Positions 51,752 through 63,868 of a stretch of 64,000 nt of DNA are shown here, piece after piece. The notes beneath the pieces were generated by a model that was given only the letters and a program-made list of their open reading frames with translations, was not told where the DNA came from and ran no database searches. The translations under genes and the position numbers were made by a program. The DNA is from Savitreella phatthalungensis. Its lineage: Eukaryota. The stretch's first letter is position 1, and every line of letters starts with the position of its first letter. The DNA lies in contig AP039697.1 of assembly GCA_051599415.1 (NCBI GenBank), positions 1 through 64,000 on the forward strand. Reading direction: 5' to 3'.

Positions 51752-52506
51752 CCTCCAAGCTTCGGTCTCAGTGGTCCTGACACGAATCAGAGAAACAGAG
51801 CCACAGGCTAATGACGTTGAAATATTCGCAGGCACGCATCCTGGCTGATCGGCCCATTGTCTGCTGTCGCCCAGGTGGTCGGTCGGGCACTGGTTCTGTG
51901 TTCTCCGTACTATATCACTCACGACCATTTCATTTTATCTGCAATCACTAGCAAGAGAAATCTAGCCCTCACATCAGAGCTTTTGCCTCACTGAGATGCT
52001 TCAGAAGCTGCTGGGTTGACGAATTTAAAACTTGCCCACACCACCCAAGTACTTAAGCCTAATGCAGCTAGTTGTCCATTGTGCCAAGCCGAATAATGTG
52101 CATATATCTGGTCTGCAATAGTTATTCTCAGGTTCAAGAAAGAGAAAACAATCACGTGTTCAGACAGTTGATAAGAAGCCGATCAAGTGATCAGAAGTTT
52201 TCGATCGTGAGACGAATTTCACACTTTCACAATACGCTGGGCCCCTAAAATTATACCATACAAGCTGCATAATGGAGAACCTGAAATCTAATTCACCATG
52301 TAATGAAATTGGGTTTTGCCTACTAGCTCGGTTTGCCCTCTCTCAGTGATTCTACGGACGCAATTTCCAACCACCAACTAGGTGTCACGCAAGGGAGACT
52401 AGCCAGCCTATACACTGTGATTCTGTCAGAGGCTGTCGACGTCGGTCGAGCAACAGTATACATAGAGATCTGCACGGTAACCGGAGAATAGAGACCGCTT
52501 ACGACA

Positions 52507-53076
52507 ATGGTGCGTTACGCTGCTCATCCAGCAAACGTGGAGAAGGTCGCAAAGGCCCGCGGCGACTACTTGCGAGTACACTTCAAGAACACGCGCGAGG
52601 CTGCCCAGGCAATCTCTGGACTCAAATTGGCGAAGGCGATCAAGTATCTCGAAGATGTGAAGGAGCACAAGCAGGCTATTCCATTCAGACGCTTCCAGGG
52701 TGGCATCGGTCGCACTGCACAGGGCAAGCCCTTCGGTACCGATAAGGCACGCTGGCCGGTCAAGTCCGCAGAGTTCCTCCTCGGACTGCTGAAGAATGCT
52801 GAGTCGAACGCCGATGCAAAGGGTCTCGACATGGACGCCCTGGTGGTCAAGCACATCCAGGTCAACCAGGCACCTAAGCAGCGCCGCCGCACTTACCGCG
52901 CTCACGGTCGGATCAACCCATACCTCTCGCACCCATCGCACATCGAGATCATTGTTGCTGAAGAGCAGGCCGAAGTGCCCAAGGCCACCGACGGCAAGGT
53001 TGTGCGTCTCAACAAGCGCCAGCTTGGTGCTAAGCGCACAATCGCCGCACGTGCAGCCAACGCCCCATCTGCATAA
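52507..53076 (+). CDS. RPL17: 60S ribosomal protein uL22 (L17)
   Basis: [34 protein letters not shown]. Confidence 0.98.
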   Translation: MVRYAAHPANVEKVAKARGDYLRVHFKNTREAAQAISGLKLAKAIKYLEDVKEHKQAIPFRRFQGGIGRTAQGKPFGTDKARWPVKSAEFLLGLLKNAESNADAKGLDMDALVVKHIQVNQAPKQRRRTYRAHGRINPYLSHPSHIEIIVAEEQAEVPKATDGKVVRLNKRQLGAKRTIAARAANAPSA

Positions 53077-53668
53077 GCCTCCTCGAAGGGCTTTTTTGAC
53101 CTGCCGATGCGGCTGCTTATAGGACCAGATGCGCGACTTGACTTCCGACGACGATGAGGGCTCTGGAAGGATCGCTGGTGGTGCAAAGCGCATGTGTAAA
53201 CGGAACACTCTACCTTATCATGTACCAAAGGCTTGAGCAAGCCAGATGCCATCGCAGCTCCACGACCGCTCCTTTCCCGTGGCTACTTACAACTCTTCTC
53301 TCGCTTTTCAGGCGCTGTCGGCTCCAATGCAGTTGCTCGATTGCTACACATACTCACACACTTCATCCTCCTTCTGACGATTACAAGACCTAAAAAGAAG
53401 TTTACACCAGATCCTTGATGGCTATTGTACTTCGCCGTGTCTATCCTTCTCGTTGATTGTCCTCGATACGTGTGATGTATGCTCGTAAATTGATTTCGAG
53501 TCGACCACTCCGAGTTGACTGCACCCTACTGTCTTCACGGTCCAGGCCGAACAGTACAGTCAATCGAGAGATCTGGCTTTTGTGCTCGGCTGCATTCCTT
53601 CTCACACGTGAAGCGGGCTCGCTTGATCAGCTAGCTAGATGCATGACCGTATGATCTGATTGTCCGAC

Positions 53669-54910
53669 ATGCTCGAGCAGCGGTGGTCGGTGGCCGTCTG
53701 CGGCGCCAAAGCTCTCCATAAAGCTATTGCTGTCTGCGCCATTGCCGTTCAGCCACGGCTTGATGGACATATCAAAGATAACTCGGCATGCTTGATTGCT
53801 GTCGCTAGCGATGACGGTGGAATCCGCTTGCTCGACCAGGAGACTGGTGTCGTTCGAATCGGCATACTTCGCACCAGCTTCTCGACTTCGCCTGACAAGA
53901 GTATCGGGAGTCTGCTCTGGCTGAGCCGGACGAAGTTGCTCGTTGCTGCGGCCGCAGACCTCTACCTCTTCGATCTTCGAGTCGCTTTTGATAGCGGCTC
54001 ACGTATCATTACAAGCCCATCTCTTCGTCTGTCCGCGATCGCAGCAGACAACATCGGCAGCATCTGTAGACTGCGAGAGCATCAGGTCGCTTTCTGCGAT
54101 GACACTGGTGCTGCAGGCATACTGACACTGCCGGATGCTCAGAATGACGGAACTGGCGTGCAGGTGCGATGGCTGACGCGCTCGGAATCTATCAATGAAC
54201 GAGCGCACGACAAGATCGCGAGCTGTCTCGTCAGCCTACGTGGAGGTGATTTTCTAGTCACCGGCGGCCTCGACTGCAACATCCGCATCTGGACAGGCGG
54301 AAGAAGGCTCGTGAAAGAGATTGACGCAGCAGCGCTACGCGCGCAGAATGCAGGCACAGCCATGGTGAATCCACCATACGTCTACAGCCTAGCTAAGACA
54401 GCAGATGGTACCCTCCTAGCCGCTGGACTCGGCGATGGTGGAATTTTACTGGTGCCGACCGCAGCGCTTGATGCCGAGGGCACCGCAGCTACGACGGATG
54501 TGGGACAATCAGCACACGGAATGAATCGCGCGCAACGACGAGCGATGGAGAAAAAGGCGGCTAAGGAGGAACGCAAGAAGACTGTCCCCATAACGAAGAG
54601 CAACCCGCTCGAAATCGCCGATCATTGGCTACACTCAATAGATGCGCACGGATTCGGCGTGACCGCTCTAGCATTTGCCACTACTGCACAGGGCACCTTG
54701 CTGATAAGTGCAGGCAACGACAAGAAACTTCGTGCATTCAAAGTCACGCTCGCGTCCGATCAGAGAGTCTTAGGCTCGGAACTGATCAAGTCTGTGGAGC
54801 TCCCGAATAAGACAAATGCTCTAGCCGTTCATATCCACGAAGCCGACGATACTTGTACAGCGGCAACACTCGGTTTAGTCGATGGCTCATTGGTGCAGTT
54901 CGCGCTCTGA
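53669..54910 (+). CDS. WD40-repeat protein, WDR53-like
   Basis: AFCDDTG, AH..IAS, LVTGGLDC.IRIW, NPPYVYSL, GLGDG, LISAGND. Confidence 0.7.
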   Translation: MLEQRWSVAVCGAKALHKAIAVCAIAVQPRLDGHIKDNSACLIAVASDDGGIRLLDQETGVVRIGILRTSFSTSPDKSIGSLLWLSRTKLLVAAAADLYLFDLRVAFDSGSRIITSPSLRLSAIAADNIGSICRLREHQVAFCDDTGAAGILTLPDAQNDGTGVQVRWLTRSESINERAHDKIASCLVSLRGGDFLVTGGLDCNIRIWTGGRRLVKEIDAAALRAQNAGTAMVNPPYVYSLAKTADGTLLAAGLGDGGILLVPTAALDAEGTAATTDVGQSAHGMNRAQRRAMEKKAAKEERKKTVPITKSNPLEIADHWLHSIDAHGFGVTALAFATTAQGTLLISAGNDKKLRAFKVTLASDQRVLGSELIKSVELPNKTNALAVHIHEADDTCTAATLGLVDGSLVQFAL

Positions 54911-54994
54911 TCTATCGACGCCCTCCTAATGTTCATGTCATGACTACGTATAGTGGTTTGATTCGGGACGATGAAATACCTTGATATGCCCGAC

Positions 54995-56476
54995 TCATGG
55001 CTCATGAAAGTCGCCACCACTTGAGCGGCGACGAACGCGCTGTCGAGTTCCGACAGAGGTCATCTTGCCGACCACCGGACTGACGTCAACCCTGCGACTT
55101 GGACAGCCTGCAGACTCAACAACTGGCGCATCGGCTAGACTGCAGGCGACCTCATGCGGTGAAGCCGACTTGCGCCCTGGCGTGACAACCTTGCCCAGAT
55201 TTGCGATTGAGGTCGCCTTGACTGCCTTGAACGTGAGCTTGCGCTGTCGCTTTCCTTCAAGGATCATCGGTAGATCCAGAAGAGCAGCTCGGCTTCGAAT
55301 CGTCTCGCTTTGTCCTGGGACTTGCTCAGTAGCGCTGTCTCCCATGGCTTGAGCTGTGCGCTTAGCATCATGTTGGTACGTCTTGGCGGTGTCCGCGGCA
55401 GGCGAAGGGGTGGCTTGCTCTGCCTTGATGACGACGATCGGCTTCTCAGTCTCAGGAGTGGCTCGAAGGCGGACCGTGCGCGTTTTGTGGGCCATGCCAT
55501 CACCCTTGTGCGCTATAGAGGGCGTATCCGACAACTGCATGGACCTCGGAATGACAAGCTTGATCTTGTGAGGTGTCTTCGGAGCTGCAGTACACAACGC
55601 CTCACCATGCGCGACAGAACCAACGCGCTTCGTGGGCAGTCGTAGTACAACCAATTTTGTCGCTTGCACATCTCTTTCTGGTCCTCGATCGTGATTCGCC
55701 CCTGTCTGAACTGGGCGCATGGGATTAATCCCTGTCCGACCACTGCGCAAAGACGTCGAGCTGGCAGATCTTGAAGAGTGTTTCGATCCGTCCGAGTACT
55801 TCCCATGCATGTCCACCAATTGCGTGCCGGAGTTCGGCTGTATCGCGCCGATTGCATCGGCCGGGTCTTGCGAGGAGGAGCGTAACAGTGTTTGAAATGG
55901 CTGTCTCTTCGTAGTGGGAACTTCACGAAGCTGTCCGTCGCACCCCTTGACTGCTCTGTATCGATCAGGTACACATACATGACAGAAGTAGTACGAAGGC
56001 CTAGAAGAATGGTCAGTCGGACTTCGATAGCAGCACGAAGAGCCTATTCCGTACGGTTCCGGTGCGTAGTCTTCCGGTAGTCCGAGACAGACCATGTGTT
56101 GCCTTGAAGAATGGAGTCAGTCTTGTCATTAGCCAGAGAAACTATAAGCGTACCAAGTCTCGCAGTGGTCACAACAGATCATCTTGCGACGTTCCTCTCG
56201 GTCGTCCAGGACGATGTTGCACGGACAGTTGACCGTGTTCCTCGAGGCCCGTTTGAGATACGATGGCTCCAATCTATCTGTCCAGCCGTCATCCCATGGC
56301 AGGAGGAAAGGTCGGATGTCGTCAGCGTGCTTGGTCTTAAGGTCAGGTCGTGTAGATGTGGTCGAAGGGGGGGCCTGCTGACGATGACGCTGGATTTTTC
56401 GTGGTGATGGGCGCTGCGCCAGTGGAGCAGCACTCGTACGAGCGATGTCTCTCCGGCGCTCACGATCTGTCGACAT
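54995..56476 (-). CDS. PHD-finger protein; introns 56103-56153 and 56001-56054
   Basis: Splicing GT...AG introns with CTAAT/CTGAC branch sites yields CPC...MICCDHCETWQHMVCLG...YFCHVC (C4HC3). Confidence 0.78.
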
Positions 56477-56818
56477 CGCGCAACAGATCAGCATGCAACG
56501 CGAGCGGACAGCCAGTTGCCACCCTTGAGCTCAAAAAGCTGTCACTCTCCAGGTGACATCGAAAGTGCCCGTCCAGAAGTAGATAAATTGCAAGCGCCAC
56601 ACGTCACGCGCTCGATGCAGCGGTATGCAAGCATCACAAAGGTCTCCGAATACACGGTCCCCGAGGATGCAACAGCGAATCAATATCTGCAGTATCACAG
56701 ACAGTCTAAGCATCATCATCCTATGCCTCAATTCGAGCACAGGGTCATTTATAAGCAGGGCGAGGCTCCAAGAGCGCCACTACACTTGAACACCAAAGGA
56801 TGCTATTTTCCGTTTACT

Positions 56819-58649
56819 CTATCTGAAGCGTGACAGATCGAGCGGGACTGTGCTGCCTCCAGGCCGACCGCTCTTGTATGGCTTCGGCTTGTTGCTGAAG
56901 GGTCGAGGTGCCGGCAATGAGCTGTCTGGCTGGAATTTGTATCGACTATCGTCGACTGGCTGTACTTGCTGAGGCCGCAAAGTATAGCTCGACGTCGACG
57001 GTCTGATCGCATTTGCAGGCGTTGGAGCAGCTGTGGGTGGCGCGGGCGCAGCTGCACTTGAAATGGACTCAGACCTGTCGCCGCGAGCATGACTTGAAAC
57101 CGGTCCGCCTAGCAATCCATTCAAAGCGGGAGCCGGTGCAGGGCTTCCATTTGAAGTGCTCTGCCCCGGCGGCATCGGAGCACGTCCAGGTGCGACGCTT
57201 GGTGGTGCGGGTGCGCGCGAGGCAGGGCTGGCAGGCGCTGGACCTCGACCATGTGAAGCTTGCGCAGACGACTCTGGCGCAGGAACCGGCGCAGTCGGCG
57301 CGGACATGGTTGGAGGGGGCAAGGTGGACAACGCTGGAGGAGGAGGAGGTGGCGGAGGGCCGCTCGACGGTAAAGCCGGTCTGCTGGGTCAGTCATCTGA
57401 GAACACATGAAGATGAGAATGCATACGCCTGAGCTGTGGGACGTGCCGGAGCCGCTGTGCCGGGGAGTGGAGGTGGAGGCGGTGGTACCATCGGAGGTGC
57501 TGCTGACGAGCTTCTGGATCGTGCAGGCGAGCTCATACCGGTCCCCGGCACCGGAGGTGGTCGCAATGACGGGGCTGACGGGGTGCTCCTCCCAGAAGAT
57601 GATGCAGAGGGATATGGTACGGAGGTCGGCGCTGGCGGGACAGATGGTGTCGAGCCATGATTCGTCGTCGCCGTTTTTAGCAACGAGGGCGATGTCGTCG
57701 GATTGCCCTTGATACTACCTGGGATAGGTGGCGGAGGTGGAGGTCCAGAGGCCGGACGGGACGGTGGCCCGCTGCTGGGCAACGGCGGCGGCGATAGGGT
57801 CGGTCCACCAGGACGACTTGCGGGCATCATGGGTCTGTGGAGCGTCAGTGGAGTGATGAAAAAAGGAGTTCGTGAGTCATTACGCCTTTGCAGCTGGTAA
57901 TGCAGGTGGGTTGGAACCTGGCAGAGGCGGTGGTCGTGATAGGGGAAGCGGGGAATTCCTCGTTGAAGGTGCCGGAGGCTCATCTATGCTCGTCGTCCGG
58001 ACACCACCTGAGGTCTTCTTCAGTGTTGGCATGCCGCCTGCGAAGAGTCCACCAAGCGAGGGAGGTGCAGCAGGGGTATCCTCGGGCGCTTCGCGCTGAG
58101 GCGGTCGAGACAAAGGAATTGCCGGTACTCGCGCCATGCCTCCTCCACCGCTTGCGCCGCCCGAAGATGATGCACCGCCGATAACACCACCGCCTCCTGT
58201 TGCCGGAGCACTCCTGTCATCTATAGGCGCGTGTTGTTAGCATTGACCTCTGCTTTGGTGCTGCATAGACTCTTACTTGTTACAGCCTTCTTGAGAGCAC
58301 GTCCCTTCTGAATGTCACCCAGCAGGCCCTTGCGGTCCGGGGTGATTGAGGGTAAAGGCGCAGGTGCGGCTATGACTGTCAGTCTCAGCCCCATAGTCGG
58401 TCAAGGGATTTGCTCTTGAAGAGAGAGCTGATACGTACGAGGTGCGCCAGGAGGACCGCCGCCTAGTGATTGGTGTCAGTTCCACTTGTTCAAGAATGAG
58501 AGGCATAAAGGATGTCCTTGATTATTTAGAAAGGCATACCTGGAGGTGGCCTGTGAGTGTGGTCAGCGCTGCTCTGCATCGATTAGGGAAGGGGTAGAGC
58601 AAGAGAAGAAGAATTGTACTTACGGTGGCGGGGGTGGAGGTGGTGGCAT
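56819..58649 (-). CDS. VRP1: Verprolin/WIP actin regulator, ~7 exons including 11-nt and 24-nt micro-exons
   Basis: Spliced MPPPPPPPP..., WH2 motif DRKGLLGDIQKGRALKKAVTNDRSAP, GGLFAGGMPTLKK, proline-rich body, C-terminal YKF...LPAPR...K.YKSG. Confidence 0.9.
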
Positions 58650-58889
58650 TGAGGTTCACCAGAAGTCAGACGGGGTCGGCAGACGACTGCCGTAGAGGTA
58701 GATCTATGCTGTGAGAAAGCGACTCCTTGTGCTTGAGGATGAGGATGATGGGATCTTTTGACGTTTGTTGGTAGTCAATCGTTAGCTCTCGACTACTAGA
58801 CTTGAAGACCCCGTGGATCGGGCTTTGAATTTGGGCGCGCGCGTCATAGCTTGGGTACGTTCAGTATACGTTTATTGGATGCATATCCA

Positions 58890-59135
58890 CGTACACATAC
58901 ACATACACATATGCACACACATACAATAATATAGAGACAATACACAGATAAAATTTACAGGTCTGGTCAGGTATGGTAATTTGATCTTCCAATGCATGCA
59001 CAGTTGAGTCAGGCAATCAGTCAGTCAGTCAGTCAATCAGTCAGTCAATCAGCCAGCCAGGGCATTATGCCAGTATGAATGTGAGTGTGGATGAGTGGAA
59101 GTGAGTGTGGATGTGAATGTGAGTGTGAGTTGTGA
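58890..59135. repeat. Microsatellite patch (ACAT-, CAGT- and GTGAGT-type repeats) between divergent VRP1 and LEO1
   Basis: ACACATACACATAC, CAGTCAGTCAGTCAGTCAATCAGT, GTGAGTGTGGA repeats seen directly. Confidence 0.7.
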
Positions 59136-59495
59136 GTTGTGCATTCAACTATCTAAATTACTTTTGCAAGCTTGTATGCATGCATCGTTCAATTGCAGTG
59201 AGCACAGGCGAACCAGGATTTCCGCTTCAGGGAAAATACGGTGAATGCAGCACCAGCACCAGCACCAGCAGCACCAGCAAGCAGCATCGACCACTGTTGC
59301 TCTCGACATCAGCACTCGCCAATTAAGAGATACAACGGCATCTGATCCGACATCTGCCACCCACTCATCCCAACTCGCGATTCGCAAGATCGAAAGACGT
59401 GTTGAATCAGGCTGTAATTTGATTTCAGCTCTACCAAGAAGGCCGTCCGATAGCGCGGTCCAGGGTTCACGGTCCACGGTCCACAACAATCCAGC

Positions 59496-60911
59496 ATGTC
59501 TGACCTAGCAGATGACTTGTTCGGCGGTGACGCCTCTGTCGCGAATTCCACGACAGATGCAGCACGCTCTTCTGAATCAGCAGTCCCGCAAGATGTTCCA
59601 GTGTCACAGGGCTCAGCAGGTTCCGAGGCCGAAGATGCAGGTGACGTGCCAGGGGGTGAGCTCAACCCAGAGAACTCGACTGCTTCCAAGATCGATCAGG
59701 AAGAGGACAAACAGCTGGATGGAGAGGACGCTGATGACGACCTCTTTGGAGACGAGGACGATGACGGAGGTTTTGTGGTTAAAGACGAAGACGCTGATGC
59801 TGATAAGGATGCTTTCGGTGACGACATCAATGAAGAATCTTCGCAGCAACAGCAGCTCCAAGTCCATGAGGTCGAGGTACCAAATTACGGCTATCTCAAG
59901 AGTGTGGACGATGACAGTCTATATCTGGCAAAATTGCCTAATGCGCTAAGCATTTCTTCAGACGCGTACGAGCCTGCCGTCCTCCTCCGAGAGATTCACG
60001 ATGACCGAGACGAGGCGGAGAGCGCAGTCGAAAGGTCCCGTCGCAAGACTGATCGTGTAGAGAACACCATTCGCTGGCGATGGGAGGGCACTGGCGACGA
60101 GCGCAAGCGTGTTTCCAATGCCCGGTTCGTCAAGTGGTCGGACGGCAGCATGTCATTGCAAATCGGAGCCGAGTTCTTCGATGTGCCAGTGCAAACGCTA
60201 GGTAAGGAGCACAATTACCTTACATTGATGCAGTCAGAGCAGCAGGTTTTGCGATCGGTCAAGCGCTTCACACATGGGCTCAACTTCCTGCCGTACAGTC
60301 TCAACTCGAAGGTCCACCGAGATATAAAGTCAGACATCGCTCGTCGCACACAACAGGAGAAGCAGCGCACCGTCAAGGAGATTGCGACGCTGGAAGATCC
60401 GGAGGAACGGCAGAAACGCGCTGCCAAGGCAGAAGCTGATCGGATCAAATCGCGACGGCGGCTAGAGATGCAGCGTGCCAGAGCTATGGGTATCTCATCT
60501 GGCACCTCTGACGGCAGACGGAGTCGACTGACTGCTGCTGCACTCGATGACAACTCAGATGATGAGCTCGGTGCAGGTACTCGTGGCGGCGCGGCCGGCA
60601 GATCGCGGTATTACGATGAGGACGATGACATGGCAGATTTCATCTCCGACGATGAGGCAGACGAGCAGGAGGAAGCTGGAGCTTCCCGCTTGCAAGGCAT
60701 TAAGGAGTCGAGCGCGGCGAGCTACGCCGACCGGAAGCGCAAAGCGACACAATACTCCGACGATGAGGATGATGAGGTGGACGATGAGGATGAAGAGGAA
60801 GAGGCCAAAATGACTGGCGATGAGGACGATGAACCAAAGAGCACAGACACTGCCTCTCGCAAAAAACTCAAGCGACGAATTGCAGACAGTGACGACGAAG
60901 ATGATGAGTAA
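59496..60911 (+). CDS. LEO1: Paf1 complex subunit Leo1
   Basis: DDLFG repeats, ENTIRWR, SNARFVKWSDGSMSLQIG.EFFD, acidic tail. Confidence 0.95.
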   Translation: MSDLADDLFGGDASVANSTTDAARSSESAVPQDVPVSQGSAGSEAEDAGDVPGGELNPENSTASKIDQEEDKQLDGEDADDDLFGDEDDDGGFVVKDEDADADKDAFGDDINEESSQQQQLQVHEVEVPNYGYLKSVDDDSLYLAKLPNALSISSDAYEPAVLLREIHDDRDEAESAVERSRRKTDRVENTIRWRWEGTGDERKRVSNARFVKWSDGSMSLQIGAEFFDVPVQTLGKEHNYLTLMQSEQQVLRSVKRFTHGLNFLPYSLNSKVHRDIKSDIARRTQQEKQRTVKEIATLEDPEERQKRAAKAEADRIKSRRRLEMQRARAMGISSGTSDGRRSRLTAAALDDNSDDELGAGTRGGAAGRSRYYDEDDDMADFISDDEADEQEEAGASRLQGIKESSAASYADRKRKATQYSDDEDDEVDDEDEEEEAKMTGDEDDEPKSTDTASRKKLKRRIADSDDEDDE

Positions 60912-61031
60912 AGCGTCCTCACTGATGAGCATGCGGCCCGTACACAACTGTAAAATACATACACGTGAAATGAAGGGAAAAGAAAGCATGTCGTGAGGTC
61001 ATACGTTGGAAAAATACTCGTCTCGGCATGA

Positions 61032-61610
61032 TCACAAAGGTGCAACGGTCTTCAGCCTAGACGCCGTAGGCTTCGGCCAAGCTGCAACGATGTGAGAAAT
61101 TGCTCTGTCCATCCTCTTTGAGTTGATGGGCTCGTTGTCCTCAACGCGCAGCAGGTGGAACGGGTTCATGGCTGCCTTTGTATATTCGGCATGGATACGA
61201 GCTAACGTGCCGCGCACCATTGCCTCACTCGTCGCTCCTGTTGTGACGCCGGGCAAGAGCTGCTGTCCTTGTGGATTCTGTCCGTACTCCTGCTGGGTTG
61301 ACAGCTTCTCCTCGACGGCGATAATGAATTTGATCTGGGTATTCGACATGAATCCATAGAGAACGGCATTTGTCAGGACGCTGAGAACGCCGAAGTAGAA
61401 GTCCTGCCGATGCGTGGTTGTACTGAGGGCGCTAGGGGTGGAGGTATTGCCGCCAGCTCCGGTGCTTCGCCGCACGCGCTCCTCAAAGATGTCTAGTGCG
61501 AGAAAAGCATTCTCCACCAGCTGGGCCTCTGTGTAGCTGCTGTCCTCCTCAAATGTCTTTAGGTAAAGTGGCTTGTCGCGTTTGCCGATTATCCCGACAA
61601 AAGTGATCAT
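61032..61610 (-). CDS. Sedlin-family TRAPP subunit (TRAPPC2L/Tca17-like)
   Basis: IIGKRDKPLYL, ALDIFEER, YGFMSNTQIKFI, IH.EY....MNPF. Confidence 0.85.
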   Translation of the reverse strand: MITFVGIIGKRDKPLYLKTFEEDSSYTEAQLVENAFLALDIFEERVRRSTGAGGNTSTPSALSTTTHRQDFYFGVLSVLTNAVLYGFMSNTQIKFIIAVEEKLSTQQEYGQNPQGQQLLPGVTTGATSEAMVRGTLARIHAEYTKAAMNPFHLLRVEDNEPINSKRMDRAISHIVAAWPKPTASRLKTVAPL

Positions 61611-62587
61611 GTGAAGGCGAATCGACGTCCCTGGGGGAGAGTGGCAATGAGGATGGTGATGGCGCTGCCACTCCTATTGTTTGCACGGCGCCGGACGACT
61701 ACAGTGATCAAAGATCAGTTCTGTCTACTGCCTGATGACGAGTTGGGTCAAACCTGACGTCCTACTGGCATACCTCACAACAACCAGCGTTGAGGCATGC
61801 ATAGCTGAGTGATATGCTGCACATTGTCACGTGCAGCCGTTTATTATATGCAAGCTCGATCGATCAAATATATGTAGTTACAGTTGGTAGTATGATTCGC
61901 AAATGCATGTCTGTGCGGATAAACAGCTGGCTGTAACGATACATTGGCATTAGCTATATGATCTCATTGTCACCACATATGCATATATTTATCTAATTCA
62001 TTTATATTCTCGACAGAGCTATCAAATCGATTATACCTTCGACTATCACAATTAATGAATTAATCCGGCGGGATGAGCCTGCTGCACTCACCAGCACTGA
62101 ATAATACTGTATACAGTGGAGTGGCTGATCGAACTTCTGAATGTCTACAGGTCTCAGCATCCACCCACACACATACGCCCCCCTGTTCTCTTCTCAAACT
62201 GTTCTCCCGCGGCTTACACCAATCGTGGGTTTGAATCCTTCTCACAGCAGCGCCTCTATCCGCATTCATCCATCCATTCAGCGGCAACTCCAGACCATCG
62301 ATCTGTCGACAGGATCTCGAGTCCGATCCTTGAGAAATCATCTCTATTTGTCAGAACGGCCGATAATCAGGAAGGAGCTTACATGTCGAATTGTGAAGCT
62401 CTGGCATACTACCATTGAAGTGTACAACGAACAGTTGCTGCTGCTGAAACATATTTCCTTTCGTCATTGTCAGACACGTCAGCGACACAACTATACGCGC
62501 TATTTCAGACAAAGCTGGAAGCATCACTCCAGCACCTTGCTAGCCAGTACGCAATAAACCACTTGCAATCTTCTGATAACAGCAATC

Positions 62588-63868
62588 ATGAATCCGGCAA
62601 TCTCATGGACTCTTTTCCTGGGTATCATTGGTACGATCTATGTCAGCGTCAATGGTGTCCCTCAAATTATCAAACGGGCAATTCAGCCGCAGTCTACGCC
62701 GCTCAGTGACAGTGAGATCGAGGCAGATAGCAAATCAGTCGCATCGACGACAACATCATCCAAACCGGGCAAGTCACGAGCTGGTGGTAGCAACAACAAC
62801 AGAAGAGCTGAAGCGTCGATTAACAGCAAAGCTAATGCGTCGTCTTCAGGCTCGAAGCAATCGACAGTCGCGAAGGTTGTGGGGCAGGCGCATGACGCTG
62901 TGACCACAATTGCTAAGGAAGTCAATAAGACAGCTTCCAGTGCGCTGAGGCAGCACAATGAAGTGATCGAGCCAAAGAATCAAAAGAAAGCTGGCAGCAA
63001 TAAGCAAGGGAACCAGAAAAACAAAGTTGCCGCATGGTATGATAAGGATGCTGAAGCCGTCCCGGAATACCTTGCACCGCGAGCTAACGATCGGCCTGCC
63101 ATTTCAGGTGAAGCTTGGCAACGCGTTCCGGGCACGTCCGAGGCTGGCAAGCACCTTGCACAGCAGCATTTTGAGAAGACACGCTCAGCTCCTCACATGA
63201 CTGACGATATGCTCGAGCCAGATTCGACCTTCGTGGCACGTACGCTTCGCATAGTGCCGAGTGGTAGTCCCGCGCAGTCGGCCAAGCAGTCGCGACCAAA
63301 GAAGCAGGAAGAACAGCCATTGACGAAGAAGCAACGACAAAATGCAGCTAAAAAGGCCAAAGCACAGCAGGAAAAGGAGCTTCTGCGAAGCGAACAGGAG
63401 CAAGCTCTACAGAAACACAAGAAGAATCTGGAAAAGCAACGCATTATCGAGCTCGATTCATTGGCCAAGCAGGCAGCTAAGAAGCAGTCGAATGGGCAGC
63501 AACATGCGGCGGGCAAATCTGTTTGGACCGATGAATCGACTTCCAGAGCAGGAGATGTGGATGGCTGGGCGTCGAACGACGGATCCTGGGCCGACGCCTC
63601 ATCGACTGTCAACAACATTCCCGAGACTGCTTCGAAGCAATCAACGAATGTTTCCAACACAACCAGGGAGCCTGCAGGGAATGCCAATGACGATTGGGAA
63701 ACCGTCACTTCAGGCAAGCGCTCCATCGCTGCAGCTTCTTCCACCGTCGCAGGATCTTCCACGTCGACGGCAGGCAATTCGAGCAAGGCTGCAGGAGTCA
63801 ATGGTCACGCTAGCAATGGCAAGGCCAGCGCCGATAACAATCGCTTCGGCAAGCTCATCTGGGAATAG
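62588..63868 (+). CDS. Hypothetical protein with N-terminal TM anchor and Lys/Gln coiled coil
   Basis: 426-aa ORF, hydrophobic N-terminus, LTKKQRQNAAKK coiled segment; no function recognised. Confidence 0.7.
   Translation: MNPAISWTLFLGIIGTIYVSVNGVPQIIKRAIQPQSTPLSDSEIEADSKSVASTTTSSKPGKSRAGGSNNNRRAEASINSKANASSSGSKQSTVAKVVGQAHDAVTTIAKEVNKTASSALRQHNEVIEPKNQKKAGSNKQGNQKNKVAAWYDKDAEAVPEYLAPRANDRPAISGEAWQRVPGTSEAGKHLAQQHFEKTRSAPHMTDDMLEPDSTFVARTLRIVPSGSPAQSAKQSRPKKQEEQPLTKKQRQNAAKKAKAQQEKELLRSEQEQALQKHKKNLEKQRIIELDSLAKQAAKKQSNGQQHAAGKSVWTDESTSRAGDVDGWASNDGSWADASSTVNNIPETASKQSTNVSNTTREPAGNANDDWETVTSGKRSIAAASSTVAGSSTSTAGNSSKAAGVNGHASNGKASADNNRFGKLIWE

Noticed and set aside
52426..53208. 260-aa ORF antisense to RPL17 (and similar shadows over the ALP, Pir-like, LEO1 and 62.6-kb genes)
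   Set aside because: Antisense shadows expected from biased codon usage
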